64,000 nt of DNA from Stegostoma tigrinum (taxonomy: Eukaryota). Below the pieces are notes generated by a model, which ran no database searches, was not told the origin of the DNA, and saw only the letters and a program-made list of their open reading frames with translations. The stretch is from assembly GCF_030684315.1 (NCBI RefSeq), contig NC_081363.1, positions 72,276,517-72,340,516 on the forward strand, given 5' to 3'. The translations under genes were made by a program, and so were the position numbers. Shown here piece after piece: positions 13,100 through 26,500 of this stretch. The number at the start of each line of letters is the position of its first letter. Within the stretch, counting starts at the first letter, position 1.

Positions 13100-15355
13100 C
13101 CATAGAACATAGATCATAGAAAAGTACAGCACAGTACAGGCCCTTCGGCCCACAATGTTGTGCCGTGGAATAATCCAAATCCAAAGATAAAATAACCTAA
13201 CCTACATTCCCCTCAATTCACTGCTGTCCATGTGCATGTCCAGCAGTCGCTTAAATGTCACTAATGACTCTGCTTCCACAACTACCACTGGTAAACTATT
13301 CCATGCACTCACAACTCTCTGGGTGAAGAACCTCCCTCTGACGTCTCCTCTACACCTTCCTCCCAACACCTTAAAACTATGACCCCTCGTGGCAGTCAAT
13401 CCTGCCCTGGGGAAAAGTCTCTGGCTATCGACTCTATCTATGCCTACATTACCTTGTACACCTTGATCAGGTCATCTCTCTTCCTCCTTCTCTCCAGAGA
13501 GAAAAGTGCGAGCTCAGTCAACCTCTCCTCGTAAGACAAGCCCTCCAGTCCAGGCAGCATCCTGGTAAACCTCCTTTGCACCCTGTCCAAAGCCTCCACA
13601 TCTTTCCTATAATAGGGCGACCAGAACTGGACACAATATTACAAGTGTGGTCTCACCAGGGCTTTGTAGAGCTGCAGCATAACCTCGTGGCTCTTAAACT
13701 CGATCCCCCTGTTAATGAAAGCCAAAACACCATATGCTTTCTTAACAACCTTATCCACCTGGGTGGCAACTTTGAGGGAGCTATGCACTTGAACACCAAG
13801 ATCCCACTGTTCCTCCACACTGCCAAGAATCCTGCCTTTAATCCTATATTCAGCATTTAAGTTCGACCTTCCAAAATGCATCACTTTGCATTTATCCAGG
13901 TTGAACTCCATCTGCCATTTCTCAGCCCAGCTCTGCATTCTGTCAATGTCTCGCTGAAGCCTGTAATAGCCCTCGATACTATCAACGGCACCTCCGACCT
14001 TTGTGTCATCAGCAAACATACTAACCCCCCGCTCAACCTCCTCATCCAAGTCATTTATAAAAACTACAAAGAGCAGAGGCCCAAGAACAGAGCCCTGCAG
14101 GACACCACTCAGCACTAACCTCCAGGCAGAATACTGACCATCTACAACCACTCTCTGCCTCCTGTCAGTCAACCAATTCTGAATCCAGAGAGCCAAGTCA
14201 CCCTGTATCCCATACCTCCTGACTTTATGAATGAGCCTGCCGTGGGGAACCTTATCAAATGCCTTGCTGAAGTCCATGTACACCACATCCACTGCTCGAC
14301 CCTCGTCAACCTGTCTCGTGACTTCCTCAAAGAACGCAACAAGATTTGTAAGGCATGACCTGCCCCTCACAAAGCCATGCTGACTCCCTTTAATCACGCT
14401 ATGCTTTTCCAAATAGTCATAAATCCTATCCCTCAGAATTCTTTCCAAAACCTTGCTGACCACGTAAGACTGACTGGTCTGTAATTTCCAGGGATTTCCC
14501 TATTCCTTTTCTTGAAAAGAGGAACAACATTTGCCTCCCTCCAATCTTCCGGTACGACTCCAGTGGAGAGTGAGGAAGCAAAGATCTTCACCAGCGGCTT
14601 TGCAACCTCCTTTCTCACTTCCCGGAGCAACCTAGGATAAATCTGGTCTGGCCCTGGGGACTTATTAATCTTAATGTTTGCCAAAATTTCCAGCACATCA
14701 ACTTCCTCAATCTTGATCTGTTCAAGCCTGTTTTCCTGCTCCTCAAAGTTCTCATTCACAACAAGGTCCCTTTCCTTAGTGAAAACCAAAGCAAAAAACT
14801 CATTTTGGGCTTCCTCTATCTGCTCAGACTCCACGCACAAGTTCCCTACGCTATCCCTGATCGGCCCTACCTTCTCCCTGATCATTCTCTTATTCCTCAC
14901 GTATAAGTAAAATGCTTTCGGGTTCTCCCTAATCCTTCCTGCCAAGCCGTTTTCGTGCCCCCTCCTTACTCCACTTTTGAGCTCCTTCCGAGCAAGCCTG
15001 TAATCCACTAAAGCTGTGCTAGACCCTTGCTTCCTCCACTTTACGTACGCTGCCTTTTTCTTTTTGACAAGAAGCACCTCTGTACCCATCATCCAAGGCT
15101 CCTTAATCTTACCCCTTCTTACCTGTCTCAGGGGAACAAATTTATACATCACTTGCAACAACTGCTCCTTAAACAGCCTCCACATGTCTGCTGTGCCCTT
15201 TCTGTGGAACAGTTGCTCCCAATCTGTACTTCCCAACTCCTGTCTGATAGCATCATCGTTTCCTTTACCCCAGTTAAATATCATCCTCTGGTAACTGCTC
15301 CTTTCCCTTTCCATGGCTATAGTAAATGTGAGGCTGCTGTGGTCACTATTGCCAC
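13100..15355 (-). mobile_element. CR1 LINE ORF2 (RT), relatively young, 5'-truncated
   Basis: ORFs 14433-15368 and 13639-14463 with [29 protein letters not shown]; short (TTCTATG)-like tail near 13100. Confidence 0.92.
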
Positions 15356-16887
15356 ATTCCATGATCATGCATGCTGTTGTATCTTAACATTTGTTCACAT
15401 ATCTCACATCTGGACAGGTAACTTCATGTAGGCAACCCTAATTTCTATTACAAAAATGAAGATCTGGAGAAACTCTGCAAGCCTGGCAGCATCTGTGGAG
15501 AGAAAACAGAGTTACCATTTAGAGTTCAGCAATTTCCTACTTCAGAAACAAAACAAAACTGCAGATGTTAGAATCCAAAGTAAACAAACAGAGGCTGGAA
15601 GAACACTGCAAACCAGCTGCATCTGCAGGAAAGGAGAAGTCAATGTTTCAGGTATTACTCTTCGTCAGGGTCCTACTTCAGAAACTTTCTCATGGCCTTT
15701 CTTTCATTCCACCACTCACTTATCTGATTCTGTGAAGGCTAAAGCTAAAATGCAAAGCTTAATCCTTTGTTTAAAAAGCTGAAATTCAGATAGGATGTCT
15801 AGTTTGTGCTAGGTTTTCTTTGTGATCATGAGTTTGATGTTTCTTTTGTGAATGCTGTCAATGTACAGCAGATCTATAATTTTGATGCTCCATACACTGA
15901 TGCAGCTGTGTTTTTCCTTTCTTCCCTGCTTAGCGATTGGCTGTACCTCAGGACTTTCCCATTTAGCACATTTTCTTTTGCATGAGAATGGCACCTCAGG
16001 ACCTTTCCACAACATTGCAGCTTTCGCAGCCATTTCAATATCAACTTTAAACAACTGTTACAACTAATCCACAATTCTTGTACTTGTCAGCATTATTTTT
16101 TAAGAATGATTTTGACTCCAGGGGTTTCTGTGTACATACATGTTGTGTACTCCTTCAAATCTTGTCTAAGGCTTTTCATAGTCACAACACTGCCTTTGCA
16201 CTATCAAAGAGAAACTACCATTGCTTACTATGTTCTCACTTTGTGCTTCCCCATCACTCAATGGCCCAGAAGTTTCTGTTTATTTCAAGATCTATTACAG
16301 GACCAACAGACAGATTTATTACAGAGATTCAGCAACTGTTGTGATAGCAAAGTGCAGCCAGAACTTTCTCCAAGAACAAACTGGGCACAACCCTGAAACC
16401 TGCTACGTGGTGATAGGCATCTGGGAGGTGAAAGCCAGGTCAGGGGCAACCATGAATTTCATTTTCAGCTTGATTTGAAGGCAGCAAGAATTCATTAATG
16501 CAAAAGACCTTGGTTCTCCAAATGGAAGGCAAGCTGGAGAAACATGGGGAAGGAGGGTGTGGACAGTGCAGTTTGCCTAAGGGACAGCCACTCCCCCAAC
16601 TCCCTAGCAATCTGTCACACTACTTGCTACAAACTTGGCTATCAATAACTGAGAGTCACACATTCTACATCCTAGCTATTAGTGCATTACTATTTTTCCT
16701 CTTAGCAATAACACACAGTTGGGAATTGAAGTTAAAATATTTTCAAGTTGCAAGTAAACCCCAAAAGGTCAATGGAAAAAATAACATAATAAATGCCAAT
16801 ATCACCCACCCTCCTAGGGACAGTCCTATTCAATCTGCCCACACATCCAGACTCGCACCATTCAATCCCTTCTCCCTACCCACTTCC

Positions 16888-17370
16888 ATAGAAACACAGA
16901 AGATAGGAGGAGGCCATTCAGCCCTTCAAGCCTGCTCCACCATTCATTAAAATCATAGCTGATCGTCTATATCAACAACGTAATCCTGCTTTCTCCCCAT
17001 AACCTTTGATCCCATTCGATCAAAGTGCAATATCTAGTCACCTCTTGAATACATTCAAATGTTTTGGAATCAACTACTTTCTGTAGTAACAAATTCCACA
17101 GGCTCACCACTCTTTGGGTGAAGAGATGTCTCCTTATCTCCATTCTAAATCGTCTACCCCAAATCCTCATACTGTGACCCCTGGTTCTGGGCGCACCCAC
17201 CATCAAGAATATCATCCATGCATCTACTCTGCCCAGTCCTGTTAGAACTTTATAAGTCTCCATGAGATCCCCCTCATTTGTCTGAACTCCAGTGAAAACA
17301 ATCCCAGCCTAGTCAATCTTTCCTCATACGTTTGACCCACCATCCCTGGAATCAGCCTAGTAAACCTTCC
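16888..17370 (-). mobile_element. CR1 LINE 3' fragment
   Basis: Peptides YEERLTRLGLFSLEFR, ETYKVL, FTQRVVSLWN. Confidence 0.8.
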
Positions 17371-17800
17371 CCTCCCCAATTTTCTCAACCGTCTCTCCCA
17401 TTCAACGCACTCCCCAATATCAATCTTTTCCCTGCCCAATTCCCTCTCTCAACTTAATCTTTGCCTCCAAAATCGCATGCTCATTTCAATCCTCTCCATC
17501 CAGAATTCCCTGCAAACTCACTACTCTCACATCAATCCCCTCCACCCCATTCTCCTCCTCCTCCAATTCGCTGCCTCTACATATCCCTCTCCTCATTCCA
17601 CCCTCTCAATTCTCTCTCCCTGCATATCTCCAAACCCCACCTTCAATTCTCTCACATCATAATCCCCCACAACCCCTTGGCCCTCCATCTCCCCTCCCCC
17701 AACATTCCCCACCCCTCCACATTCACCTCTCAGCTCCCCAATCTCCCCTCCACATTCACCCCTTGGTCCCGAATCTCCCTTCTCCTCCACATTCACCCCT

Positions 17801-20800
17801 CGATCCCCAATCTCCCTTCCCCTCCTCATTCACCCCTCTGCCCCTCGATCCCCAATCTCCCTTCCCCTCCTCATTCACCCCTCTGCCCCTCGATCCCCAA
17901 TCTCCCTTCCCCTCCTCATTCACCCCTCTGCCCCTCGATCCCCAATCTCCCTTCCCCTCCTCATTCACCCCTCTGCCCCTCGATCCCCAATCTCCCTTCC
18001 CCTCCTCATTCACCCCTCTGCCCCTCGATCCCCAATCTCCCTTCCCCTCCTCATTCACCCCTCTGCCCCTCGATCCCCAATCTCCCTTCCCCTCCTCATT
18101 CACCCCTCTGCCCCTCGATCCCCAATCTCCCTTCCCCTCCTCATTCACCCCTCTGCCCCTCGATCCCCAATCTCCCTTCCCCTCCTCATTCACCCCTCTG
18201 CCCCTCGATCCCCAATCTCCCTTCCCCTCCTCATTCACCCCTCTGCCCCTCGATCCCCAATCTCCCTTCCCCTCCTCATTCACCCCTCTGCCCCTCGATC
18301 CCCAATCTCCCTTCCCCTCCTCATTCACCCCTCTGCCCCTCGATCCCCAATCTCCCTTCCCCCCCTCATTCACCCCTCTGCCCCTCGATCCCCAATCTCC
18401 CTTCCCCTCCTCATTCACCCCTCTGCCCCTCGATCCCCAATCTCCCTTCCCCTCCTCATTCACCCCTCTGCCCCTCGATCCCCAATCTCCCTTCCCCTCC
18501 TCATTCACCCCTCTGCCCCTCGATCCCCAATCTCCCTTGCCCTCCTCATTCACCCCTCTGCCCCTCGATCCCCAATCTCCCTTGCCCTCCTCATTCACCC
18601 CTCTGCCCCTCGATCCCCAATCTCCCTTCCCCTCCTCATTCACCCCTCTGCCCCTCGATCCCCAATCTCCCTTCCCCTCCTCATTCACACCTCTGCCCCT
18701 CGATCCCCAATCTCCCTTCCCCTCGTCATTCACCCCTCTGCCCCTCGATCCCCAATCTCCCTTGCCCTCCTCATTCACCCCTCTGCCCCTCGATCCCCAA
18801 TCTCCCATCCCCTCCTCATTCACCCCTCTGCCCCTCGATCCCCAATCTCCCTTCCCCTCCTCATTCACCCCTCTCTCCCTCGAACCCCAATCTCCCTTGC
18901 CCTCCTCATTCACCCCTCTGCCCCTCGATCCCCAATCTCCCTTCCCCTCCTCATTCACCCCTCTGCCCCTCGATCCCCAATCTCCCTTCCCCTCCTCATT
19001 CACCCCTCTGCCCCTCGATCCCCAATCTCCCTTCCCCTCCTCATTCACCCCTCTGCCCCTCGATCCCCAATCTCCCTTCCCCTCCTCATTCACCCCTCTG
19101 CCCCTCGATCCCCAATCTCCCTTCCCCTCCTCATTCACCCCTCTGCCCCTCGATCCCCAATCACCCTTGCCCTCCTCATTCACCCCTCTGCCCCTCGATC
19201 CCCAATCTCCCTTCCCCTCCTCATTCACCCCTCTGCCCCAATCTCCCTTCCCCTCCTCATTCACCCCTCTGCCCCTCGATCCCCAATCTCCCTTCCCTTC
19301 CTCATTCACCCCTCAGCCCCTCGATCCCCAATCTCCCTTGCCCTCCTCATTCACCCCTCTGCCCCTCGATCCCCAATCTCCCTTCCCTTCCTCATTCACC
19401 CCTCTGCCCCTCGATCCCCAATCTCCCTTGCCCTCCTCATTCACCCCTCTGCCCCTCGATCCCCAATCTCCCTTCCCCTCCTCATTCACCCCTCTGCCCC
19501 TCGATCCCCAATCTCCCTTGCCCTCCTCATTCACCCCTCTGCCCCTCGATCCCCAATCTCCCTTCCCCTCCTCATTCACCCCTCTGCCCCTCGATCCCCA
19601 ATCTCCCTTCCCCTCCTCATTCACCCCTCTGCCCCTCGATCCCCAATCTCCCTTCCCCTCCTCATTCACCCCTCTGCCCCTCGATCCCCAATCTCCCTTG
19701 CCCTCCTCATTCACCCCTCTGCCCCTCGATCCCCAATCTCCCTTCCCCTCCTCATTCACCCCTCTGCCCCTCGATCCCCAATCTCCCTTCCCCTCCTCAT
19801 TCACACCTCTGCCCCTCGATCCCCAATCTCCCTTCCCCTCCTCATTCACCCCTCTGCCCCTCGATCCCCAATCTCCCTTCCCCTCCTCATTCACCCCTCT
19901 GCCCCTCGATCCCCAATCTCCCTTCCCCTCCTCATTCACCCCTCTGCCCCTCGATCCCCAATCTCCCTTCCCCTCCTCATTCACCCCTCTCTCCCTCGAT
20001 CCCCAATCTCCCTTGCCCTCCTCATTCACCCCTCTGCCCCTCGATCCCCAATCTCCCTTCCCCTCCTCATTCACCCCTCTGCCCCTCGATCCCCAATCTC
20101 CCTTCCCCTCCTCATTCACCCCTCTGCCCCTCGATCCCCAATCTCCCTTCCCCTCCTCATTCACCCCTCTGCCCCTCGATCCCCAATCTCCCTTCCCCTC
20201 CTCATTCACCCCTCTGCCCCTCGATCCCCAATCTCCCTTCCCCTCCTCATTCACCCCTCTGCCCCTCGATCCCCAATCTCCCTTCCCCTCCTCATTCACC
20301 CCTCTGCCCCTCGATCCCCAATCTCCCTTCCCCTCCTCATTCACCCCTCTGCCCCTCGATCCCCAATCTCCCTTCCCCTCCTCATTCACCCCTCTGCCCC
20401 TCGATCCCCAATCTCCCTTGCCCTCCTCATTCACCCCTCTGCCCCTCGATCCCCAATCTCCCTTCCCCTCCTCATTCACCCCTCTGCCCCTCGATCCCCA
20501 ATCTCCCTTCCCCTCCTCATTCACCCCTCTGCCCCTCGATCCCCAATCTCCCTTCCCCTCCTCATTCACACCTCTGCCCCTCGATCCCCAATCTCCTTTC
20601 CCCTCCTCATTCACCCCTCTGCCCCTCGATCCCCAATCTCCCTTCCCCTCCTCATTCACCCCTCTGCCCCTCGATCCCCAATCTCCCTTCCCCTCCTCAT
20701 TCACCCCTCTGCCCCTCGATCCCCAATCTCCCTTCCCCTCCTCATTCACCCCTCTGCCCCTCGATCCCCAATCTCCCTTCCCCTCCTCATTCACCCCTCT

Positions 20801-22240
20801 GCCCCTCGATCCCCAATCTCCCTTCCCCTCCTCATTCACCCCTCTGCCCCCGATCCCCAATCTCCCTTCCCCTCCTCATTCACCCCTCTGCCCCTCGATC
20901 CCCAATCTCCCTTCCCCTCCTCATTCACCCCTCTGCCCCTCGATCCCCAATCTCCCTTCCCCTCCTCATTCACCACTCTCTCCCTCGATCCCCAATCTCC
21001 CTTGCCCTCCTCATTCACCCCTCTGCCCCTCGATCCCCAATCTCCCTTCCCCTCCTCATTCACCCCTCTGCCCCTCGATCCCCAATCTCCCTTCCCCTCC
21101 TCATTCACCCCTCTGCCCCTCGATCCCCAATCTCCCTTCCCCTCCTCATTCACCCCTCTGCCCCTCGATCCCCAATCTCCCTTCCCCTCCTCATTCACCC
21201 CTCTGCCCCTCGATCCCCAATCTCCCTTCCCCTCCTCATTCACCCCTCTGCCCCTCGATCCCCAATCTCCCTTCCCCTCCTCATTCACCCCTCTGCCCCT
21301 CGATCCCCAATCTCCCTTCCCCTCCTCATTCACCCCTCTGCCCCTCGATCCCCAATCTCCCTTCCCCTCCTCATTCACCCCTCTGCCCCTCGATCCCCAA
21401 TCTCCCTTCCCCTCCTCATTCACCCCTCTGCCCCTCGATCCCCAATCTCCCTTGCCCTCCTCATTCACCCCTCTGCCCCTCGATCCCCAATCTCCCTTCC
21501 CCTCCTCATTCACCCCTCTGCCCCTCGATCCCCAATCTCCCTTCCCCTCCTCATTCACCCCTCTGCCCCTCGATCCCCAATCTCCCTTCCCCTCCTCATT
21601 CACCCCTCTGCCCCTCGATCCCCAATCTCCCTTGCCCTCCTCATTCACCCCTCTGCCCCTCGATCCCCAATTTCCCTTCCCCTCCTCATTCACCCCTCTG
21701 CCCCTCGATCCCCAATCTCCCTTCCCCTCCTCATTCACCCCTCTGCCCCTCGATCCCCACTCTCCCTTCCCCTCCTCATTCACACCTCTGCCCCTCGATC
21801 CCCAATCTCCTTTCCCCTCCTCATTCACCCCTCTGCCCCTCGATCCCCAATCTCCCTTCCCCTCCTCATTCACCCCTCTGCCCCTCGATCCCCAATCTCC
21901 CTTCCCCTCCTCATTCACCCCTCTGCCCCTCGATCCCCAATCTCCCTTCCCCTCCTCATTCACCCCTCTCTCCCTCGATCCCCAATCTCCCTTCCCCTCC
22001 TCATTCACCCCTCTGCCCCTCGATCCCCAATCTCCCTTCCCCTCTTCATTCACCCCTCTGCCCCTCGATCCCCAATCTACCTTCCCCTCCTCATTCACCC
22101 CTCTGCCCCTCGATCCCCAATCTTCCTTCCCCTCCTCATTCACCCCTCTGCCCCTCGGTCCCCAATCTCCCTCCCCCTCCACATTCACCCCTCTGCCCCT
22201 CGGTGCCCAATCTCCCTTCCCCTCCACATTTACCCCTCTG
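17801..22240. repeat. 45-bp minisatellite, about 98 units (CGATCCCCAATCTCCCTTCCCCTCCTCATTCACCCCTCTGCCCCT)
   Basis: Direct reading; 15-aa periodic ORFs in several frames; degenerate units at both edges. Confidence 0.98.
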
Positions 22241-22269
22241 GCCTCAATCTCCCTTTCCCCAACCGATCT

Positions 22270-23110
22270 CCTCTCCCCCGTCCGTGGAGAATGGACCACC
22301 CCCTCTCCCCGTCCGTTCTGCTCTGCGGCCTGGAGCGGCTCACTGCGTTCAAGGGGGTGGCGGTGTGTGTGTGTGTGTTGGTGTCGGCTGGGGGGGGAAG
22401 GGGGGTGTTGTTATTGGTGATGATTGGGGCGGGAGGGTAGCGGCCGCCGCCATGATGATAATGATGCCGCCGTCTTCGTCGTCGCTGTGCTTGTTGAGGG
22501 CCGGTCGGGCAGCGCTGATGGCCGTAACCGGAGGCCGATGCCGGCTCGGCGTCAGGAGCCTGAGCGGCGGGCCGGTCAAGCTGACGGTGAAGCCGCTGAA
22601 GAGCCTGGCGGACGAGCCGCTGGCCATCGAGGTGGAGGGGCTGGGCCCAGAGCAGGCGGTCACCCTGCGGGCCCAGGTGCTGACCGAGCAAGGGGAGATC
22701 TTCCTGTCTTGCGGCCAGTACCGGGCGGACGGGGACGGGCGCGTGGACGTGGGCCGGTCGCCGTCGCTGGGTGGTAACTACGAAGGGGTGGCGCCCATGG
22801 GCCTCCTGTGGACTCTGGCCCCCGCCCCCATGGAGCGGCCTTACCAGAAGCTCAGCCAGGCCCACCTGACCGGCAGCCCCATGTTCGTGGACCTGCGTGT
22901 CCACTCGGGGCACACCGGCAAGAACAACATCCCCGGGCCTGCTCTGGCCTATCAGAGGTTCGAGAGGTGGTTCAGCAAACCCGGATTGCGTCGCATCAGG
23001 CTCAGGGAAGGCAATGTTCGCGGCAGCATTTTTATCCCCACAGGTGAGCACACGGTGTCTCCGCCCTTGCAACATTCTCGCAATGGGGTGGGGGTGTCCG
23101 CATGTACTTA
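22270..23110. promoter_or_regulatory. CpG island over the 5' end of the ACOT gene, with gccgccgccATG Kozak context
   Basis: Dense CG dinucleotides against a CpG-poor background; ATG at 22452. Confidence 0.75.
22452..23043 (+). CDS. Type-I acyl-CoA thioesterase (ACOT2-like, probably mitochondrial) paralog B, exon 1
   Basis: Arg/Ser/Leu-rich leader with no acidic residues, then ADEPLAIEVEGL...GGNYEGVAPMGLLW...LREGNVRGSIFIP; CAG|GTGAG phase-1 donor. Confidence 0.9.
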
Positions 23111-23526
23111 TCGTCAGTGCATGAGTTCTTTCGGTCAAGGAAGTCTGTCAAACTCCCTTCCCGCCGTTATAAACCAGTAATGAATAAGAAGCCAACGCTT
23201 GAATTTTATTCAGTGCAGTACCAATGTATTTTTGGGGGAAAAAAAACAACACGTTGGTAGTTTACAAGTGGCCTTAAAATTCTGCAGCTGAGATACTCAG
23301 ACTTTAGGTTCCAGTGAACCAAGGTTGTAACTGCTCAATCGGAAACAGGGTTTTAAGAGAGCTACGTTGACCTCGTACAGAGATAGGAAGAACTTCGCTG
23401 CTGTGTTCCTCCAGCTCCACACTGGCAATGTACAGTTTTCCAGAACAGGAATTAAACTGAGCCCTCCTTCTGTGTTAACAAAATGTGAGGCTTTGGTAAC
23501 TGTGAAAGCTTTCTTGGTCCTATGAT

Positions 23527-26500
23527 AATAAAATGTGAGGCTGGATGAACACAGCAGGCCAAGCAGCATCTCAGGAGCACAAAAGCTGACGTTTCAGGCC
23601 TACACCCTTCATCAGAGAGGGGGATGGGGAGAGGGAACTGGAATAAATAGGGAGAGAGGGGGAGGCGGACCGAAGATGGAGAGTAAAGAAGATAGGTGGA
23701 GAGAGTATAGGTGGGGAGGTAGGGAGGGGATAGGTCAGTCCAGGGAAGACGGACAGGTCAAGGAGGTGGGATGAGGTTAGTAGGTAGCTGGGGTGTGCGG
23801 GAGTGGAATGTCTTATCGTGGGAGCAGATGCGGCGGAGGCAGAGGAATTGGGAATAGGGGATGGAATTTTTGCAGGAGGGTGGGTGGGAGGAGGTGTATT
23901 CTAGGTAGCTGTGGGAGTCGGTGGGCTTGAAATGGACATCAGTTACAAGCTGGTTGCCTGAGATGGAGACTGAGAGGTCCAGGAAGGTGAGGGATGTCCT
24001 GGAGATGGCCCAGGTGAACTGAAGGTTGGGGTGGAAGGTGTTGGTGAAGTGGATGAACTGTTCGAGCTCCTCTAGGGAGCAAGTGGCGGCGCCGATACAG
24101 TCATCAGTGTACTGGAGGAAGAGGTGGGGTTTGGGGCCTGTGTAGGTGCGGAAGAGGGACTGTTCCACGTAACCTACAAAGAGGCAGGCATAGCTTGGGC
24201 CCATGCGGGTGCCCATGGCCACCCCCTTAGTCTGTAGGAAGTGGGAGGAGTCAAAAGAGAAGTTGTTGAGTGTGAGGACGAGTTCAGCTAGGCAGATGAG
24301 AGTGTCGGTGGAGGGGGATTGGTCGGGCCTGCGGGACAGGAAGAAGTGGAGGGCCTTGAGGCCATCTCCATGCGGAATGCAGGTGTACAGGGACTGGACG
24401 GACCGCCTCAACCTCTCCACCCCTCTCACCCACTCCAACCTCTCCCCCGCAGAACGGGCAGCCCTCCGCTCCAACCCCAACCTCACCATCAAACCCGCAG
24501 ACAAGGGTGGCGCAGTGGTAGTATGGCGCACTGACCTCTACATCTCCGACACCACCTCCTACTGCCTCCTCGATCATGACCCCACACCCAAGCACCAAAC
24601 CATCATCTCCAACACCATTCACGACCTCATCACCTCAGGGGACCTCCCACCCACAGCCTCCAACCTCATTGTTCCCCAACCCCGCACGGCCCGTTTCTAT
24701 CTCCTTCCCAAAATCCACAAACCTGCCTGCCCTGGTCGACCCATCGTCTCAGCCTGCTCCTGCCCCACCGAACTCATCTCCACCTATCTGGACTCCATTT
24801 TCTCCCCTTTGGTCCAGGAACTCCCCACCTACGTCCGTGACACCACCCACGCCCTCCACCTCCTCCAGGACTTCCAATTCCCTGGCCCCCAACACCTCAT
24901 ATTCACCATGGACGTCCAGTCCCTGTACGCCTGCATTCCGCATGGAGATGGCCTCAAGGCCCTCCACTTCTTCCTGTCCCGCAGGCCCGACCAATCCCCC
25001 TCCACCGACACTCTCATCCGCCTAGCTGAACTCGTCCTCACCCTCAACAACTTCTCTTTTGACTCCTCCCACTTCCTACAGACTAAGGGGGTGGCCATGG
25101 GCACCCGCATGGGCCCAAGCTATGCCTGCCTCTTTGTAGGTTACGTGGAACAGTCCCTCTTCCGCACCTACACAGGCCCCAAACCCCACCTCTTCCTCCG
25201 GTACATTGATGACTGTATCGGCGCCGCCTCTTGCTCCCCAGAGGAGCTCGAACAGTTCATCCACTTCACCAACACCTTCCACCCCAACCTTCAGTTCACC
25301 TGGGCCATCTCCAGGACATCCCTCACCTTCCTGGACCTCTCAGTCTCCATCTCAGGCAACCAGCTTGTAACTGATGTCCATTTCAAGCCCACCGACTCCC
25401 ACAGCTACCTAGAATACACCTCCTCCCACCCACCCTCCTGCAAAAATTCCATCCCCTATTCCCAATTCCTCTGCCTCCGCCGCATCTGCTCCCACGATAA
25501 GACATTCCACTCCCGCACATCCCAGATGTCCAAGTTCTTTAAGGACTGCAACTTTCCCCCAACAGTGATCGAGAACGCCCTTGACCGCGTCTCCCGTATT
25601 TCCCGCAACACATCCCTCACACCCCGCCCCCGCCACAACCGCCCTAAGAGGATCCCCCTCGTTCTCACACACCACCCTACCAACCTCCGGATACAACGCA
25701 TCATCCTCCGACACTTGCGCCATTTACAATCCGACCCCACCACCCAAGACATTTTTCCATCCGCTCCCCTGTCTGCTTTCCGGAGAGACCACTCTCTCCG
25801 TGACTCCCTTGTTCGCTCCACACTGCCCTCCAACCCCACCACACCCGGCACCTTCCCCTGCAACCGCAGGAAATGCTACACTTGTCCCCACACCTCCTCC
25901 CTCACCCCTATCGCAGGCCCCAAGATGACATTCCACATTAAGCAGAGGTTCACCTGCACATCTGCCAATGTGGTATACTGCATCCATTGTACCCGGTGCG
26001 GCTTCCTCTACATTGGGGAAACCAAGCGGAGGCTTGGAGACCGCTTTGCAGAACACCTCCGCTCGGTTCGCAACAAACAACTGCACCTCCCAGTCGCAAA
26101 CCATTTCCACTCCCCCTCCCATTCTCTTGATGACATGTCCATCATGGGCCTCCTGCAGTGCCACAATGATGCCACCCGAAGGTTGCAGGAACAGCAACTC
26201 ATATTCTGCCTCGGAACCCTGCAGCCATATGGTATCAATGTGGACTTCACCAGTTTCAAAATCTCCCCTTCCCCTACTGCATCCCTAATCCAGCCTAGTT
26301 CGTCCCCTCCCCCCACTGCACCACACAACCAGCCCAGCTCTTCTCCCCCACCCACTGCATCCCAAAACCAGTCCAACCTGTCTCTGCCTCCCTAACCGGT
26401 TCTTCCTCTCACCCATCCCTTCCTCCCACACCAAGCTGCACCCCCAGCTACCTACTAACCTCATCCCACCTCCTTGACCTGTCCGTCTTCCCTGGACTGA

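Noticed and set aside
15456-16950. Cluster of short ORFs between the divergent ACOT genes
   Set aside because: No recognisable domains; overlaps decayed SINE and PLE-derived fragments.
17801-22240. Possible CRISPR-like array
   Set aside because: Units are contiguous with no unique spacers, there are no cas genes, and the context is eukaryotic.
17461-22440. Very long ORFs (1659 aa Pro-rich on +; Gly/Arg-rich on -) resembling extensin or mucin proteins
   Set aside because: Translations of the 45-bp repeat, open in several frames at once, mostly non-ATG starts, with frame-breaking indels tolerated.
24203-24400. N-terminal 66 aa of the 730-aa ORF
   Set aside because: Antisense read of the inverted RT segment fused by chance to the direct ORF; not a native N-terminus.
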